Positions 1-14,548 of a DNA stretch of 64,000 nucleotides are shown here, in pieces. This DNA is from Octopus vulgaris. Taxonomy: Eukaryota. Where the stretch lies: assembly GCA_951406725.2 (NCBI GenBank), contig OX597819.1, positions 8,556,001 through 8,620,000 on the forward strand. Reading direction: 5' to 3'. Under the pieces are notes generated by a model. That model was not told the origin of the DNA. It saw only the letters and a program-made list of their open reading frames with translations, and did no database searches. The stretch's first letter is position 1. Every line of letters starts with the position of its first letter. The position numbers and the translations under genes were made by a program.

Positions 1-223
1 AAACTCTCGGCCTTTAAGTATTAAATATTGTATACACACACACACACATACACACACACACACACACATATATTATATATATATATATGTGTGTGTGTGT
101 ATGTATGTATGTATGTATGTAAATTTAAATTTAAATGTATTTCGTCACTGTATTTACTATGTATGTATGTATGTATGTATGTATATGTATATATATACCT
201 ACATACATGCATAATACATACAT

Positions 224-265
<42 letters not shown>

Positions 266-407
266 GGATACACTTTGTTACATATAGACTTCTGTGTGTG
301 TGTGTGTTCATGTGTATGAGTGCAGTGACGAATTTATAGATTATGCTATTTTGTATGATCGATAACACTATAGCTCTCTCCCGAACTCCTTCTTCTCCCT
401 CCGCCTT

Positions 408-439
<32 letters not shown>

Positions 440-732
440 AGTCTCTATGTGCATGTATTTCCTTCTCGCTTTCTCAATCTCCCTACAGCGCCCCCTTATA
501 TTCACCTTCTCAATGAATTTCGATCTTCTCCGTTTCCTTTCATTTAGTATCTATCGTTAATCGCTCACTTGTAAAACTTTTTCTTTTCCCGCATTTTTCT
601 TTCCGTCTATATCCCCCCACCACCACCACCCCCTTCTCTCTCCGTTCTCTCTCTTCTTACACCCGACCATACGCACCCGCGCACACACGCTATTGATAAC
701 AACTAAAGTATGCTTCTTTTTCATTCACTGAG

Positions 733-831
733 GTGAATGTAGCTTTAACCAAGAGGAATTGATGTCATCAGACGGTAACCAGCGATCATCGGGTGCTTCG
801 ACCCTGAACCGTGAAACCCTTTCATTGGTAG
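733..831 (+). CDS. Candidate internal coding exon of an unidentified host gene (ECSFNQEELMSSDGNQRSSGASTLNRETLSLV)
   Basis: Pyrimidine tract followed by AG at 731-732 (alternative TAG at 740-742); open frame; donor G|GTCAGT at 831/832 in phase 1, matching the next candidate exon. No homology recognised. Confidence 0.35.
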
Positions 832-1053
832 GTCAGTAGAGTAGGCCAAATCACTACTCATGTCCTTCTGGCTTATAGCTTAACTCCTCTCTCATGCCTC
901 ATAACCAGCAAGACGCATTTTCCGCTGCCTCTCCCATCCTGTGCACCGGTCACCCTTCGCATTGTTTCTCTCTTTCTAATAGTTGTAAGCACTCTCCACA
1001 ACCGATTAGGCAGGGAATTCCCTACACACAACATTGGCTGGGAATAGCCATGA

Positions 1054-1420
<367 letters not shown>

Positions 1421-1803
1421 AAATAAGCAACAAGGATATCTAAGGTAGTGCTTATTTTTATTATAATCACCCCATTTGATTTATATGGATAATACCATAC
1501 CAAATTCTGGTGCCTTTAACTTAAGTACCATATTCATCTGAATCTAAATTTTGATGAACTTATATATACATATATATATATACATATATGTTCATATTAT
1601 GTAGATAAGGTTATAATCCAATATGTGTCCTTTGGAAGCACGTCTGCTCATTCCAGTATTCCGAGTTGAATGTAGATTTTATATTTGTGTGAGATATTCA
1701 TAAGAGTTGAAAAGTACTGGAAAATATTTTTTACTTAAACAGAAGATTAGAAAAAATTGCTATTTCTTATTCACCATTACACGTGTTTCATTTGCTAATA
1801 GGA

Positions 1804-1957
1804 GTTATAAAATTGTACATATATAAGAGAAATATATAAGATATCTTCTATTAGAAATTCTTCAGGTAGAGAATCATATAGAGAATCAAATAATAGGTAT
1901 TATTTGATTCTCTGAAGATTTTGTAATAGATATCTTTTATGTTTATAACTTTATAAC
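1804..1957. repeat. AT-rich imperfect palindrome (fold-back)
   Basis: Perfect core AGAGAATCAAATAAT (1880-1894) / ATTATTTGATTCTCT (1899-1913); pairing extends imperfectly out to GTTATAAA/TTTATAAC. Confidence 0.8.
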
Positions 1958-2258
1958 CAGCTGATCTAGCAAGCGGGGCTTCATATCAGTGAGGGGGCCG
2001 GTGCGCATTGATGCCGTCGAGAGGTAGGCCCCGAGACGGCATGCATTCTCTCCTGATGACCCCATACACTTGCTATCTTCCGATATACGGAGCTTTTAAC
2101 TGGTAGCACTTGCATGTGCAAGTTGTTTGCAAGACATCTCCTATACGTACAATTTTACAACACCTATTTTTAATTGAGACACGTGTGATTGTGAGTAAAA
2201 ATACTAAAAAGATTTTTTCCAATCACCTGCTTTGATATATATATGTGTGTGTGTGTGT

Positions 2259-2568
2259 GGAGGCGCAATGTCCCAGTGGTTAGGGCAGCGGACTCGCGGT
2301 CGTAGGATCGCGGTTTCGATTCCCACACCGGGCGTTGTGAGTGTTTATTGAGCGAAAACAGCTATAGCTCCACGAATCCCCGACTGAGGGTGGTGGTGAT
2401 CCCTGCTGTACCCTTTCGCCGCAGCTTTCTCTCACTCTTTCTTCTGTTGGCCTGCTTGCTTAGCCAGCAGGGTGGCGTCATTTGAAGACTAAAACAATGC
2501 GAAGCGCATTGTGACCAGCGATGTGTAGCAACATCTGATAGCCTGGTCGGTCACGTGTTGGCGGTGAT

Positions 2569-2570
<2 letters not shown>
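2259..2570 (+). mobile_element. tRNA-derived SINE, family E, tail variant 1 (resembles octopus OR/OK-type SINEs)
   Basis: A-box-like CCCAGTGGTTAGG and B-box GGTTTCGATTCCC; 5' ~190 nt shared with copies at 48423, 61607 and 63612, but with a different 3' tail. Confidence 0.85.
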
Positions 2571-2628
<58 letters not shown>

Positions 2629-2848
2629 GAATAAAGGTCAGGAGAACAGAGATTTGCACATCCAGTTTTATTATACAGTTAGTCACATCGTTGTTCGTCA
2701 AGACTTACGCACGTTTCCGCTGCCTTTCCAGTGCACACCGAGTGACTATTCACTGTGGCTAGCTAGCATTGATAACCGCTAAAAGCGAACAAGGTTTCCG
2801 CTAGGATTATTGTATTTCTATAAACCATTTTGGATATATATATATGTA

Positions 2849-2903
<55 letters not shown>

Positions 2904-3337
2904 TATCGATACCATCCAGGCCTGCAAGAATGAAAGGCACAACTGGCTAGAATATAAAGGATAAAAACCCGCAACAAACACTGCCAAGCATTTTCTTCGA
3001 GACTCTAACGAATCTGACATTTCACAGCCTTTATGGTTACTGACTTAGGCACAAGGTTAGCATCATTGTTGGATGAGTGGGGATATTATTTGTCACCATG
3101 GAAAGTAGCATTATTTTTCTCAACCCTTGAAGGATTAAAAGATTAAGTCGATCACGGCGAAGAAACTCTTGCGAAATATATATATACCATTCTGCTTTCT
3201 GTTCAGTAATTTAGCATTTGTTACTTAATATATGTCGCGAATATATTAAAAAATATTTCTAAATTCGTTCGCAAGCTACGTTGATCGAGTAAATTTTCAG
3301 AGGAAAGTCTAATTACGCAGGAAACTCAAAGTAATAC

Positions 3338-3390
<53 letters not shown>

Positions 3391-3470
3391 AAAGGCGGTA
3401 CCCCAACTTGGCTGTAGTGCAATAAGGAAAAAGTAAATGAATAAAATATACATGCGCGTATGTGCGTGTG

Positions 3471-3503
<33 letters not shown>

Positions 3504-3914
3504 CTTATGAATATAAAATACATGTAAACGAATGTGTGCTAGCGTGCGCGTACCCATATGTGTGTATGAATGGATATCACTCTTTTTTGGTCCTTCTCCA
3601 TGTCAATACATGGAGAGATTTTGCCACCGATATAAGTATGTCACAAAATGTATTTGTACGTGTGTGTTTGTGAGTGTGTGTATATGTATGTATTTGTGTG
3701 TCTGTGTGTGCGTGTGTGCTTACGCCATCGGTTGGATATGGTTATGTGAGAAGTGAGTAGGTACACGTGCACGCGCGTGCTGACACGCGTTGATGCGTTT
3801 GAGTACATGTCTGTATAGTGTCCGCGAGTGTAAATAGAGAGAGATGGGGAGGAAGAGAGAGAATGTGAGAATGTGTAGCGAAAGAGAAGGAGCAATGTTC
3901 TCACTGTCTGGCGT

Positions 3915-3975
<61 letters not shown>

Positions 3976-4132
3976 TCTGCGAGCGTGCGCATGCTTCACT
4001 GTATGTATGTCGATGGTATTGTTCTAATGTGAATGTGGAAGTGTGAGTACTTGTACTTCTGACTAGCCGGCGCTTGCTTGTGGTCATGTACCCCAACATT
4101 TTGGAATTCATATATATATAGATAGATATATA

Positions 4133-4260
4133 TATTTCTTTATTACCCACAAGGGGCTAAACATAGAGGGGACAAACAAGGGGATTAAGCCGATTACATC
4201 GACCCCAGTGCGTAACTGGTACTTTATTTATCGACCCCGAAAGGATGAAAGGCAAAGTCA
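4133..4260 (-). mobile_element. SINE family B2, 3' fragment, inserted in (TA)n
   Basis: Matches the B body and the tail ...GCCCCTTGTGGGTAATAAAGAAATA; abuts a family A copy head-to-head. Confidence 0.85.
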
Positions 4261-4398
4261 GGCCAGGAGTGGCTGTGTGATAAGAAGCTTGATTGCCAAT
4301 CATATTGTTCCGGGTTCAGTCCCACTGCGTGGCACCTTGGATGCTATAGCCGACCAAATCCTTGCAAGTGGATTTGGTAGACAGAAAGAGGCCCGTCG

Positions 4399-4429
<31 letters not shown>

Positions 4430-4434
4430 ATGTT

Positions 4435-4504
<70 letters not shown>

Positions 4505-4712
4505 CACACATATATATATAGTGTGTGTGTGTTTGCGCCCCCACCATCGCGTGACAACCGATGCCGGTGCGTTTACGTCCCCGTAACTTAGCGGTTCAAA
4601 GGAGACCGATAGAATATGTACTAGGTGTTCAGGGGTCCATTTTTCTTCGACTAAAGGCGGTGCTCCAGCATAACCGCAAGTCACATGATTGAAACCAGTA
4701 AAATAATAAGAT
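4261..4712 (+). mobile_element. SINE family A (tRNA-like head, internal TA/TG microsatellite)
   Basis: AGGAGTGGCTGTGTG...CCGGGTTCAGTCCC head and GGCGGTGCTCCAGCA tail shared with >12 copies in the window. Confidence 0.88.
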
Positions 4713-4792
4713 AATATATACACGCATACAATGCTATGCGAGGGTGTTTAAATGTTTGGATACGTTGATTCTTTCTCTCGTTTGTTTTAGTC

Positions 4793-4838
<46 letters not shown>

Positions 4839-6568
4839 TAGACATACGCATATGGCTGTGTGTGATCATGTGCCTTTTAATGTGCCTTTCAGTATCATTG
4901 TTAAGTTTGTGTTTGTGTGTGTGTGTGTGCGTGTGTGTGCGACTATATGTCAATGAGTGTGTATGTGCGATTGGTCACGTGTCATGCTTGTATGTGAGAG
5001 GAAGGCAGCGCAGCATTTGTGGAGGTTATTGGGAGAGCAAGTAGAAAGGAAGGGAGAGATGTGCAGTGAATGAGTGACGGAAGGAAGGATTGAAGTGAGT
5101 GAATTTTGAATGAATTAATGAATTAATGAATGAAGGACAAGTCGACAACCTGCTTTGTTCTCTCTCTCTCTCTCTCTCTCCTTTCCTTCTCTCCGCCACT
5201 CTCTCTATCTCTCTCTCCTACCCAAAAATGATTCGATGGAAGTAGACACGGGCAGTGGTGCTGCTGTTAAAGATGGTGGTAGTAGTAGTGGTGTTGATGA
5301 TAGTAGCGAAGACAGCGGCGGTCATAGTAACAGTGGTGGTTTCGTGGTGAGGGTGTTGTTGCTGTTGTTATTGTTTGGTCCTAGGTCAAATCCAATCGAG
5401 CAGACTTATGATCAAAGACATTCCAATCCTGATTATCCCGTCTATTTCTTACACGCAAGGAAGCAAGGATCACATCATCTATTCTACACATTTTTTTAAG
5501 GTAGCAGCGTGTGTTATTTCCAGCACTTCGAGCGACCACGGAGTAGTTTTATGGTTGAGGGTTGTGCTACATATTGAAAGTGAAGCGACTGGAATGAAAG
5601 TGGCGGCAGTGAGGGTAAAAGCAGTGGTAATTGCTGTATATGTGGCAGTGGCGAGAATAAAGTTATTGTTGTGGTGGTGTGTGGAGTGGCGGTGGTTGTG
5701 CTGAGCGATGTAGTGATGCAGTGAAAGGAATAGAGATGTAAAACGGAAGTAGCGGAAGAATTACAATAGCGAATTGAGCAGTAGCAACAATGTTGTTTGC
5801 TGGGACCTTTATCCGTCGCCTCACTCTTCACCTTACTCTTCGCCTTACTCTTCGCCTTCCTGGATTCATCGACTGGAGGACGAGGGGGAGAGTGAAAGAC
5901 AAAATAATACACAAGGCTAACAAAATCAAACGAAAGATACTTATCGTCTTGCGTAGTTCTGTCTGGGTACTGCCCGGCTACAAACCACCGCCAACAAATT
6001 TACCAATGACATGCCAAGAAAAGAGGGAACCGGAAGCCACTACATAGACACGCGAGCAGCTAGACATAACAGTCAAAATTTCCCTCATATCATACTATTA
6101 AAAAAGGACATATTTGAGACGATGTAGACTTTGATATAAAAAAAAATTAGAGTGGCCACATTTAGTGCGGTCTGTCCGATTAAAGTTGATCTGGGTACTT
6201 AGAAACAACAATGTGGATGGCTTTGCAACGCTATAACTCCTCGAATAGCATTATACTGCTATTGGTATCCTGCTGAATGGTATCCTGCTGAGTTAAAATC
6301 AGGATTATTAATCAGGATATTTACCAGGGGAAAGCCTTTGGTCAATGCTCCGCTCGATAACGGCGTTGAGCAGGCGCTAAATATCATCATCATCATCATC
6401 ATCTATGACCATAATCTCTTGCGCCGATGCAGGGACACAATGAAATCGGCTGTTTTGCCCCACAAAATTGTTTCTAATGTAGTTGCTATGTTATTGGTAC
6501 AATTTTTTCTTATTGTTTGGTCCAGAGGTAGTGATTGTTCTTATGGTATACGCTGTCCTGCAATTCAG

Positions 6569-6696
6569 GGAAGATTAATGCCGTTAATGTTGCACTTTTT
6601 CAACCAGATGATGGCACAAAACCCATGTCTAGGGCGGGAGTTACAGAAGGCTACACTAACAGGGAACGGTCGACAAATGCTTTAAGATCATATTTG
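6569..6696 (+). CDS. Candidate internal coding exon (GKINAVNVALFQPDDGTKPMSRAGVTEGYTNRERSTNALRSYL)
   Basis: Acceptor TTCAG| in phase 1; 42 open codons; donor TTG|GTAGGC in phase 0, compatible with both flanking candidates. Pyrimidine tract is weak. Confidence 0.4.
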
Positions 6697-7633
6697 GTAG
6701 GCATGAGCTCAAATTCTCAATGTTAGTTTATGTAGGGATGGAGAATATTTGGAATACCACCTCTAGAACATTAACCGACTCCTTTGCTGTTTAGTCCGAA
6801 GTTAGTACTGATATATACGAGCTCCTTATTTCATTGCCAATGAAGAAATGAAAAGAAAACTATAATAGGATCTGAACTCAGAGTCCAGAATTCCAACAAA
6901 AAGGTACAACAAGTAACTCTGATAAATTTTGTTGGACTCTTAACCTTTTTGCCAGCCCTACCAATCTGGAGAAATTAACAATAACCATGAGACCCTGCGA
7001 AAGAACCTATTCCTAAGAGCTACATATGCAAGCAAAAAAAAAAAAAACACAGGACAGTTATGGTTGGCAGGCTTCCGTCTATTAATCTTCTCAGTTAAGG
7101 TTGATATAGGAAAATCAACTACTATATTACCCATGAGCTTAACCCGTTAGGAATAGTAGACAAACCTCTCTAAGATTATACCTTTTCACCACGAGAAGGT
7201 TACATTAGCCAATGTTGTCCTACAAAAAATTGGGATGGTTATGGTTGGATCTAGGGCTACACTACCACTACTACAACAACGACAGTACGCAGCAGCAACA
7301 GCAAAACTGTGGCTTGTTAGAAATAACAGTCCAATCTCTCAGAAATCACATGTTATCACCTTGAAAAGTTAAGGACAATGGATAATTCACAATAGCTGAA
7401 TGGTAACGGGTTGAATGCCTTTCGTTGGAGATCTACGAAACCGGAGATGTCGTAATGCTAAACAACAACAGCAGTACTTCTATAACCTTAACAATAAGCT
7501 TAACCCCTTCCCCCAGTCTGTAACCATTCACACTATCAACCAGAGTTGGGCATCTTAACAGTTAGTCTCAGTTACATTCGAAAGACATGGGTCGAGTTGA
7601 AGCGACGGGGAAAAATACTTGCCTAGATGCACT

Positions 7634-7818
7634 AGACTCTTTTACTTGTTTCAGTCATTTGACTGTAGCCATGCCGGGGCACCGCCTTTAGTCGAGCAAA
7701 TCGACCCCAGATTTATTCTTTGTAAACCTAGTACTTATTTTATCGGTCTCTTTTGTTTACGGAGACGGAAACACACCAGCATCGGTTGTCAAGCGATGTT
7801 GGTGGGGATAAACATAGG

Positions 7819-7887
<69 letters not shown>

Positions 7888-8050
7888 GGCGGGCTTCTTT
7901 CAGTTTCCGTCTACCAAATCCACTCACAAGGCTTTGGTTGGCCCGAGGCTACAGTAGAAGACACTAGCCCAAGGTGCCACGCAGTGGGACTGAACCCGGA
8001 GTCATGTGGTTGGCAAGCAAGCTACTTGCCCCACAGCCACTCATACGCCT
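7634..8050 (-). mobile_element. SINE family A, full length
   Basis: Colinear with the other A copies. Confidence 0.9.
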
Positions 8051-8193
8051 ATAACTAGAGTTGATTATATATATACGTTTCTCGGTGGATCGTGTGCTCA
8101 TTTCTCTTTTTGCTATCTGTGGTTTTATTTTTGATCTTCTATATAAACGAAGATATTTCCTCTGTCTTGGCTGCTTTTCTTTCTATAAAACAG

Positions 8194-8343
8194 GAAGTTA
8201 CATTGTGGAACAGTTATTTTAACGACTTGCATTTATTCATCACACGTGGGGATACATCTGCACCACCGGATGCTCCTGAACCAGTTGTTGAATGTCCGAG
8301 CCATGAGGAATCGATGGTAGATGTGTCGAAACAATTGTCGTGA
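8194..8343 (+). CDS. Candidate terminal coding exon ([49 protein letters not shown])
   Basis: Good acceptor CTTTTCTTTCTATAAAACAG| in phase 0; non-repetitive protein-like composition; TGA at 8341-8343; AATAAA at 8349-8354. Confidence 0.5.
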   Translation, partial: EVTLWNSYFNDLHLFITRGDTSAPPDAPEPVVECPSHEESMVDVSKQLS

Positions 8344-8454
8344 TTAATAATAAATTCTTGTATATTCCATCTTCTGTCATTTGCCATATATATATATATA
8401 TATACATACATGCGTACATACATAAATAAATACATACATACATACATACAAACA

Positions 8455-8565
<111 letters not shown>

Positions 8566-8574
8566 ATATATATG

Positions 8575-8615
<41 letters not shown>

Positions 8616-8721
8616 TGGTGACAGCTAGAACTTTGCTGACCATAAGTCTGCACAATTAAAACTACACCTAGGTTTAAGTAACGAGTACAACAAAATCAGC
8701 AGCAATTTCAAACACTAATGT

Positions 8722-8926
8722 TGGTTTGAAATTTTGGCACAAGGTCAACAATTTCGGAGAAGTCAATAACCTTGACCCCAGTGTTCAACTGGTACTTATT
8801 TCATCGACGCCGAAAGGATGAAAGGCAAAGTCGACCCCGCGATATTGGGACTTAGATTGTAAAGTCGGAAGAAATGCCACTAAGCATTTTTTCCGGTGCG
8901 ATAACGATTCTGTCAGCCCATCGCCT
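8722..8926 (-). mobile_element. SINE family B1, diverged
   Basis: Core CGAAAGGATGAAAGGCAAAGTCGAC and tail TTTGGCACAAGG. Similar diverged copies at approx. 27470-27690 (+), 29320-29445 (-), 59651-59870 (+), 60580-60757 (-) and 61275-61440 (+). Confidence 0.8.
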
Positions 8927-9342
8927 TATTTCGAACATTAATTTTGATGTGGTACAACCACTACACAGCACTTTTAAAGTAATATAACAACAATCTACCA
9001 CCACCGCCGCCGCCGCCACTACCTGTAAAGGTAGTGGGCGCGGCGTTATCACCATCATCATCTCAACCACAAAAATCATCATCATCATCAGTAACAACAT
9101 CAACGGCAACAACAAACTGGAGTTAACGATGGAGATTGTACGTGGCCGTTTCGACCTGTTAGTAATAATAGCCAAATCTCGCCGAAAAAGAAACCTTATG
9201 TCTTTAACAAAGGATAATGCAGTCTTTGATATATTATACCTGAAAAGCCAAGATAGATTCGCATGGTTGCGGCTACGATAAGTCAGCTCGAGCAGAGATA
9301 GACAAGGGGCTAAATTAATATTAGTAATTATCTCTACCGTTA

Positions 9343-9428
<86 letters not shown>

Positions 9429-10377
9429 AACAACAAACAACTACAATTAAAACTACAACTCCTACCGTTACTCCAACCTTTCCCCCAGCTATGTATTATC
9501 ACTTCACTGTTCACACTCACTATCATTACCATCGAAGCGAATACCTTCACTTCTACCGCTAGTAATATAATGCTATCCCAACCGAAACGGCGTCGCTTGA
9601 CCCGCATAAAATAGCAAACAAATCTCCCTTAAATTGTACTACGTTAATAAAAGAGGACACTGTAGCTTACTGTCATCACAAATAATACAATACCAGAAAA
9701 AAATATATTTAAAAAAAAAAAAGCTAGCTTTCAAAATCGGAATGCCTTTGATCGTTGCCTGTCAATCAGGTTTCACCAGGTGCTAAACAACAATAAAAAT
9801 AACGTCAACAAAAAAACATTGCCATAGCAAAACTATTACAATCACCCATCCTGCTTCTACTGTTGTCGACACCGCTATGATCACAGTTCGGTGATCGTAA
9901 TCATTATTGCTACAACAGTTACAATTGCTGCTGTCATTAATTTTATGATCCTATCCAACTTTCTAATTATCTTCTTGTTCCACTTCCAGCACTTGTTTAG
10001 TACTACCAATACAACCGCTATTATAATTAGTATCCTTGCCATGACCACTACTGTTACACTGGTTTATTACTTTGTTGTAAAGTCGATTTTTAAAAGCGGT
10101 GAATTGCTTATTTCATCAACTTCAATACGTTACTGATATACATCGACTCAAGAACGCAGAAAAGGAAAAGAGATGAACACAGCAGAATTTGAACTGGGAA
10201 TTGATACTAGAGACTTTGATATATTTTATGCGACAATCAGCAATATCGACTACTTTCAACGGCCCATGACAAGGAAGTTTCTGTATGCTCAGCCTGACAG
10301 AAACTGCAACCAGATCTCCCCCAAATGACCCTCTGCTGTCATAAATAGGCCTATTGGATAATATAGTCTTACAAATG

Positions 10378-11597
10378 TGAGGGTGGTAGGAAAAGTTCAG
10401 AGACTGACTATGAAGGGGTGATCCTAGATTAGTGAAATCTTGTATGCATTAATTTAATCTCTTCTCATTCGCAACTACATTCTTTCTTTCTTTCCAGGTA
10501 AACTGACATCTAACTGTTGAAAGACTTCAAAAGTTACTCGTAGTGACTTCTCTTGAAAATGAGCAAAATTTGGCATCGTGGTGTTATCAAGTACCTGCAG
10601 AAAACGGGTTTCGCCTCCAAGCCCCAAGGACAATCATGCTGACAAGGTTGCTATATTAGGAGACGACGCTACACTTTTATCCACAGTGTAAAAGTGGACA
10701 ACTGAATTTGGGAAGGGAGAGTCTTGAAGATGACCCAAGATCTGAACATCCTGCAACTGCCACCAACGAAAAAAACATTGATCGTGTTCACTACATGGTG
10801 GATGACAGCGATTGGCTATAAATCAAATAGCCAATGTTGTAAGCACATCCCGTGACAGAGTAAAGAATATTCTACACAATGAATATGGAATGACGAAGGT
10901 TTCTGCTCGGTGGGTGCCATGTCTTCTGACACCTGATCGAAAGCACACCAAGCTGATCACATCACAGGGAAATTTGACATTGTCTGAGGCAGATCCAGTT
11001 GGTTTCCTTGAATGTTTCCTAACTCAGGCTTCAAAGAGACAATTTATGCAGTATAAACACCCCTCTTCGCCTGCTCAAAAAAAGGTCGTTTCATCTGCAG
11101 GGAATGTGATGACCTCAGTGTTTTGGGATGCAAAAGGTATTGCATTAATTCACTATCTTCAAAAGTGCCGTCTCATCATTGGAAAATGCTAAGCCAACTT
11201 ACTGAGGCAGATACGAAAGACTCTCGAGACCGAATGCCCAGGAAAACTGACGAAATGGGTCTTGTTTCATTCAGACAATGTTCCAGCACACAAGCCCTTG
11301 GATTCAATGGCTGTTGTGCGTGACTGTGACTTGTTGATCATTCTGCCTACTCTCCTGATTTGGCCTCTTCTAGCCATCATCTATTTCTCAACATGAAAAA
11401 CACTTGACTGGGAACCAGTATCGCAATGATGATGACGTCTTATCTACAGTTGATGACTTTTTTCTAACCAACAGAATGATAGCGTCTTCATCAATGGGAT
11501 CCAAGCACAGCAACATCAATGTTTAAAAATTGACCTCATTTTGTCACATTCCATGAAAGTACCATGGTCAGCCTATGAACTTTTCAGCAGACCCTTA
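10378..11597 (+). mobile_element. Full-length decayed mariner transposon, irritans (Himar1-like) type
   Basis: Degenerate ~30-bp TIRs (TGAGGGTGGTAGGAAAAGTTCAGAGACTGAC / GTCAGCCTATGAACTTTTTCAGCAGACCCTTA) with TA at the right end. Transposase remnants from ATG 10559: WVPCLL, SAGNVMTSVFWDAKGI, FHSDNVPAH, YSPDLASS. Frameshifts are present and the first and third catalytic D are lost. Nested in a family D copy (10290-10375 + 11600-11680). Confidence 0.92.
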
Positions 11598-12701
11598 TAC
11601 ACCTGAAAGGTTGGGATGATCGTGGATACAATGCTTTAATCACAGGACTGCTGGATCAAGTTTCATCTTGGATTAAACACCAACTGTTTTCTGTCATAAA
11701 GATTTATTATACTAGACATGGGACAAGGGACTTTCAGCGGGTGGGTTTAAATAAGCAATGTAAGCCAACTGATAGTATATTATTCCCCTCTACAGTAAAC
11801 CAACAGAGCGGAAAGTCGAGTAATATTTGTTATTGAAGAAAGGGTTCACCATGCTTCAAAAAGCCATAGAGGGTGGGATAAGAAAGACAAAGAATATTTA
11901 TAATATTACCATAACTATGGTAGGGTATGAAAACATTTGGCATGATGCCGTTGATTCTGCTAGTAATATTTTCAGGCTTCTTAACTACCTTCAGTTAAAC
12001 CCAGTCATAAAGCCATATTTATTAGTACAACAGTGCTTACAGTGTTTATGTTACTGCAAACGCAAAATCTTCAAGAAGAAACAAAGCTAAATTTAAAGCA
12101 AGATCTTGATAGACAAGATAGACTTTGCAACGTTAGTATCTTACAGTGTGTTCCGCCTTCTGGACTGAAGAATATTGCGTTAAGGGTCTTAGAACACAAC
12201 CACCAAGTTACAGTGCAACGTAACAGAAAATTTAAACATGTAGGGTTTATTAAACAACTTAATCCTTCAACAAAATGTCCTATTTTTGTCTTTAACAGGA
12301 CGTGTAGGCCCTTACACAACCGAACCATATTCCTTTCTTTTCTCCTCTGGTCTATATAGTGTAAGTGGTGTGATGTAATAATGCTATAATATAGAAATAT
12401 CATCACAGACGTAGACAGAAAGTGTAAAGAGGAATTTCTGAGCTGAATCGCAGAGAATTACGAACTCGTCATCGAGTGTGGCGAAAAGCAGTTCGGTAGC
12501 AAATTCAAAAGTATTTCACAAGTTGAAGAATATGTAAAATTGAACAATAGAAGGCTTTCTGCTTACTTCAGCAGCATTGAAGAAATTATTGTGCTGCCCT
12601 AGTAGAACATTCCTCATTTTCCAAAATATTAATCTGCCTGTTTGCCTGTCTGTCTGTCTTTCTGTCTCTCTCCCTCTCTCTCACGCACACACATGTATAT
12701 A

Positions 12702-12760
<59 letters not shown>

Positions 12761-12766
<6 letters not shown>

Positions 12767-13390
12767 ATATTTCGGAATGGTCATTTTGCCAGTTTGGCCA
12801 ATAAAAACACACGCACTATATATTTGGTGTTACTTTGCTTCAGTGTTATTTTTTTTTTACATTAATCTTAATCTTATTTCGGCCAGAGTTCTTTCGTCAC
12901 ACTCCTGTGACCGCATCAGTGGTCCTTTGTTTTCTTCTTACTTATTTGTGTCTCTCCTTACTAACCGTCAGCCATTTTGTATTTCTATTTTATGTCTTCA
13001 TTTGCGCATGCTTATATCTCTATGTGCGTTTATGTTTATTTAGTGTGTGTATGTGGGGGGATGCCTGTAATATTTGTATCTTTTGTTTATATATGTTCAT
13101 GTAATTTGTAATTTTATATGTTCATGTAATTTGTATTTTGTATTTTGTTTTTTGTTTTTTGTTTTTGTTTATTCTTATTTTGTTCATGTGTTTATATCCA
13201 CCCATTATTATCATTACATATGCTTGTATGTATGTATGTATAACAACAATACTAGTAATAATAGGATGTATGGTGGGTGGCATGGATGTGGTATCCCTAT
13301 ACCCATCGATCGACGTAGATTTTGCGGTGGATACATGTAAACGTATTTTTATGTACTGATATGTGTGTCTGTTCAAGTCGTATACATAAC
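12761..13390. mobile_element. Non-coding interspersed element flanked by (TA)n, possibly Penelope-derived
   Basis: Bounded on both sides by (TA)n. The minus strand carries a hammerhead-like CTGATGC-GGTCA...TGGCC-GAAA segment at ~12877-12920. Confidence 0.4.
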
Positions 13391-13408
13391 TATTACTCTG
13401 TCGAAGGT

Positions 13409-13477
<69 letters not shown>

Positions 13478-13820
13478 GTTCCTTTAATCCTCGTCTAACG
13501 TTTTTCAGTACATATAGCGAAATTCTTCTCTTCTGTGTAATTTCAACAACCCTATTTGTCAACTCACCGTACGCATCTTTATAAATCATTGTATACTAAG
13601 TTTAGGTTTCCCTTACAGTTAACACAATAACTAAAATACTTTTTTAAAAATGTCTCTTGCAACATAAGCATGATTCCAAATATATAAGCAAATTTAAAAG
13701 ATAATGAAATTAATAAGTACAAAATTGATTGATCCATTATTGCAGTCGTGTTCTCTTCGTTAATAATCCGACACGGGGCAATCCCTGTCGCTCAGGAAAG
13801 TTAAGTTGTTTATAACAGTA

Positions 13821-14217
13821 CTAGCAGTATCGCCCGGCGTTGCTCGGGTTTGTAAGGGAAATAACTATATAAGCATTTTTAGAGATGTAAAGTATAATAG
13901 CCATCTCAATATGGCTAACCACAAAAGGAGGGGGTGTTACTGTAGCTTTTTACGTTCTGAGATTTAATAAAGCATTTTTAGAGTTACATTCCTTATATAA
14001 TAGCAAAAAAAATGCATTAAAAATGGGAAAAAATTATGGTAATTTTTTTTTTAAATCGTAGACTCATCGTAGACGTGCGCTAATACCCAGAAGGGCTCGA
14101 TATGAATCACGACTATAAGATACCCGGTTTTGGTTAAACTGCACCGCAAAATGTGGGAGTAGTTAGAAAACTAAATCGCAGGAGACAGACACACAACTTC
14201 ACTTTTATATATAAAGA
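13821..14217 (-). mobile_element. Non-autonomous Helitron
   Basis: On the minus strand it begins A|TCTTTATATATAAAAG and ends CCCGAGCAACGCCGGG (hairpin)-CGATACTG-CTAG|T. Inserted between A and T with no TSD. Confidence 0.9.
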
Positions 14218-14399
14218 TTTTACACTTATGAACAAAAGAATGAAATTGCTTGATCTTATAGATATATCTATTATAATTTTACTAATGACATTCTCTATCG
14301 ATATCTGTACCTTTACGGTTATTATATGCAACGAACCAAATGAGCTCCTGTACACTGAACGTACAGTCTAGGTTGACATTATTTGACTTACACTTTTCT

Positions 14400-14548
14400 T
14401 CTTTCTCTTAGGACTTACCTCTCTCCGACGAAGAGCAACGCTCAAAACATTAACGACTTTCAACGAGCGTCAAATTTATATTGCTTGTGCACATCCTCAC
14501 GTTCATTTTTTTCTGTCTATTTAATTACTTGTTCTTTGAATTGACTGC
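14400..14548 (+). mobile_element. Penelope-like pseudo-LTR fragment with degenerate hammerhead
   Basis: CCGACGA-AGAGC-AAC-GCTC-AAAAC resembles CTGANGA-stemII-GAAAC; followed by a T-rich tail running into a microsatellite. Confidence 0.45.

Noticed and set aside
5760-5900. Minus-strand exon-like segment with KAKSKAKSK
   Set aside because: Explained by a 12-bp tandem repeat; no compatible partner exon was found.
9342-9430. PolyQ/polyS/polyT ORFs from (ACT)n/(GCT)n runs (also 42690-42785 and 45516-45600)
   Set aside because: Trinucleotide microsatellites without supporting exon context.
11800-12600. Coding-like stretch with a faint OTU-protease flavour
   Set aside because: No catalytic motif could be read and stops intervene; there is too little evidence to name it.
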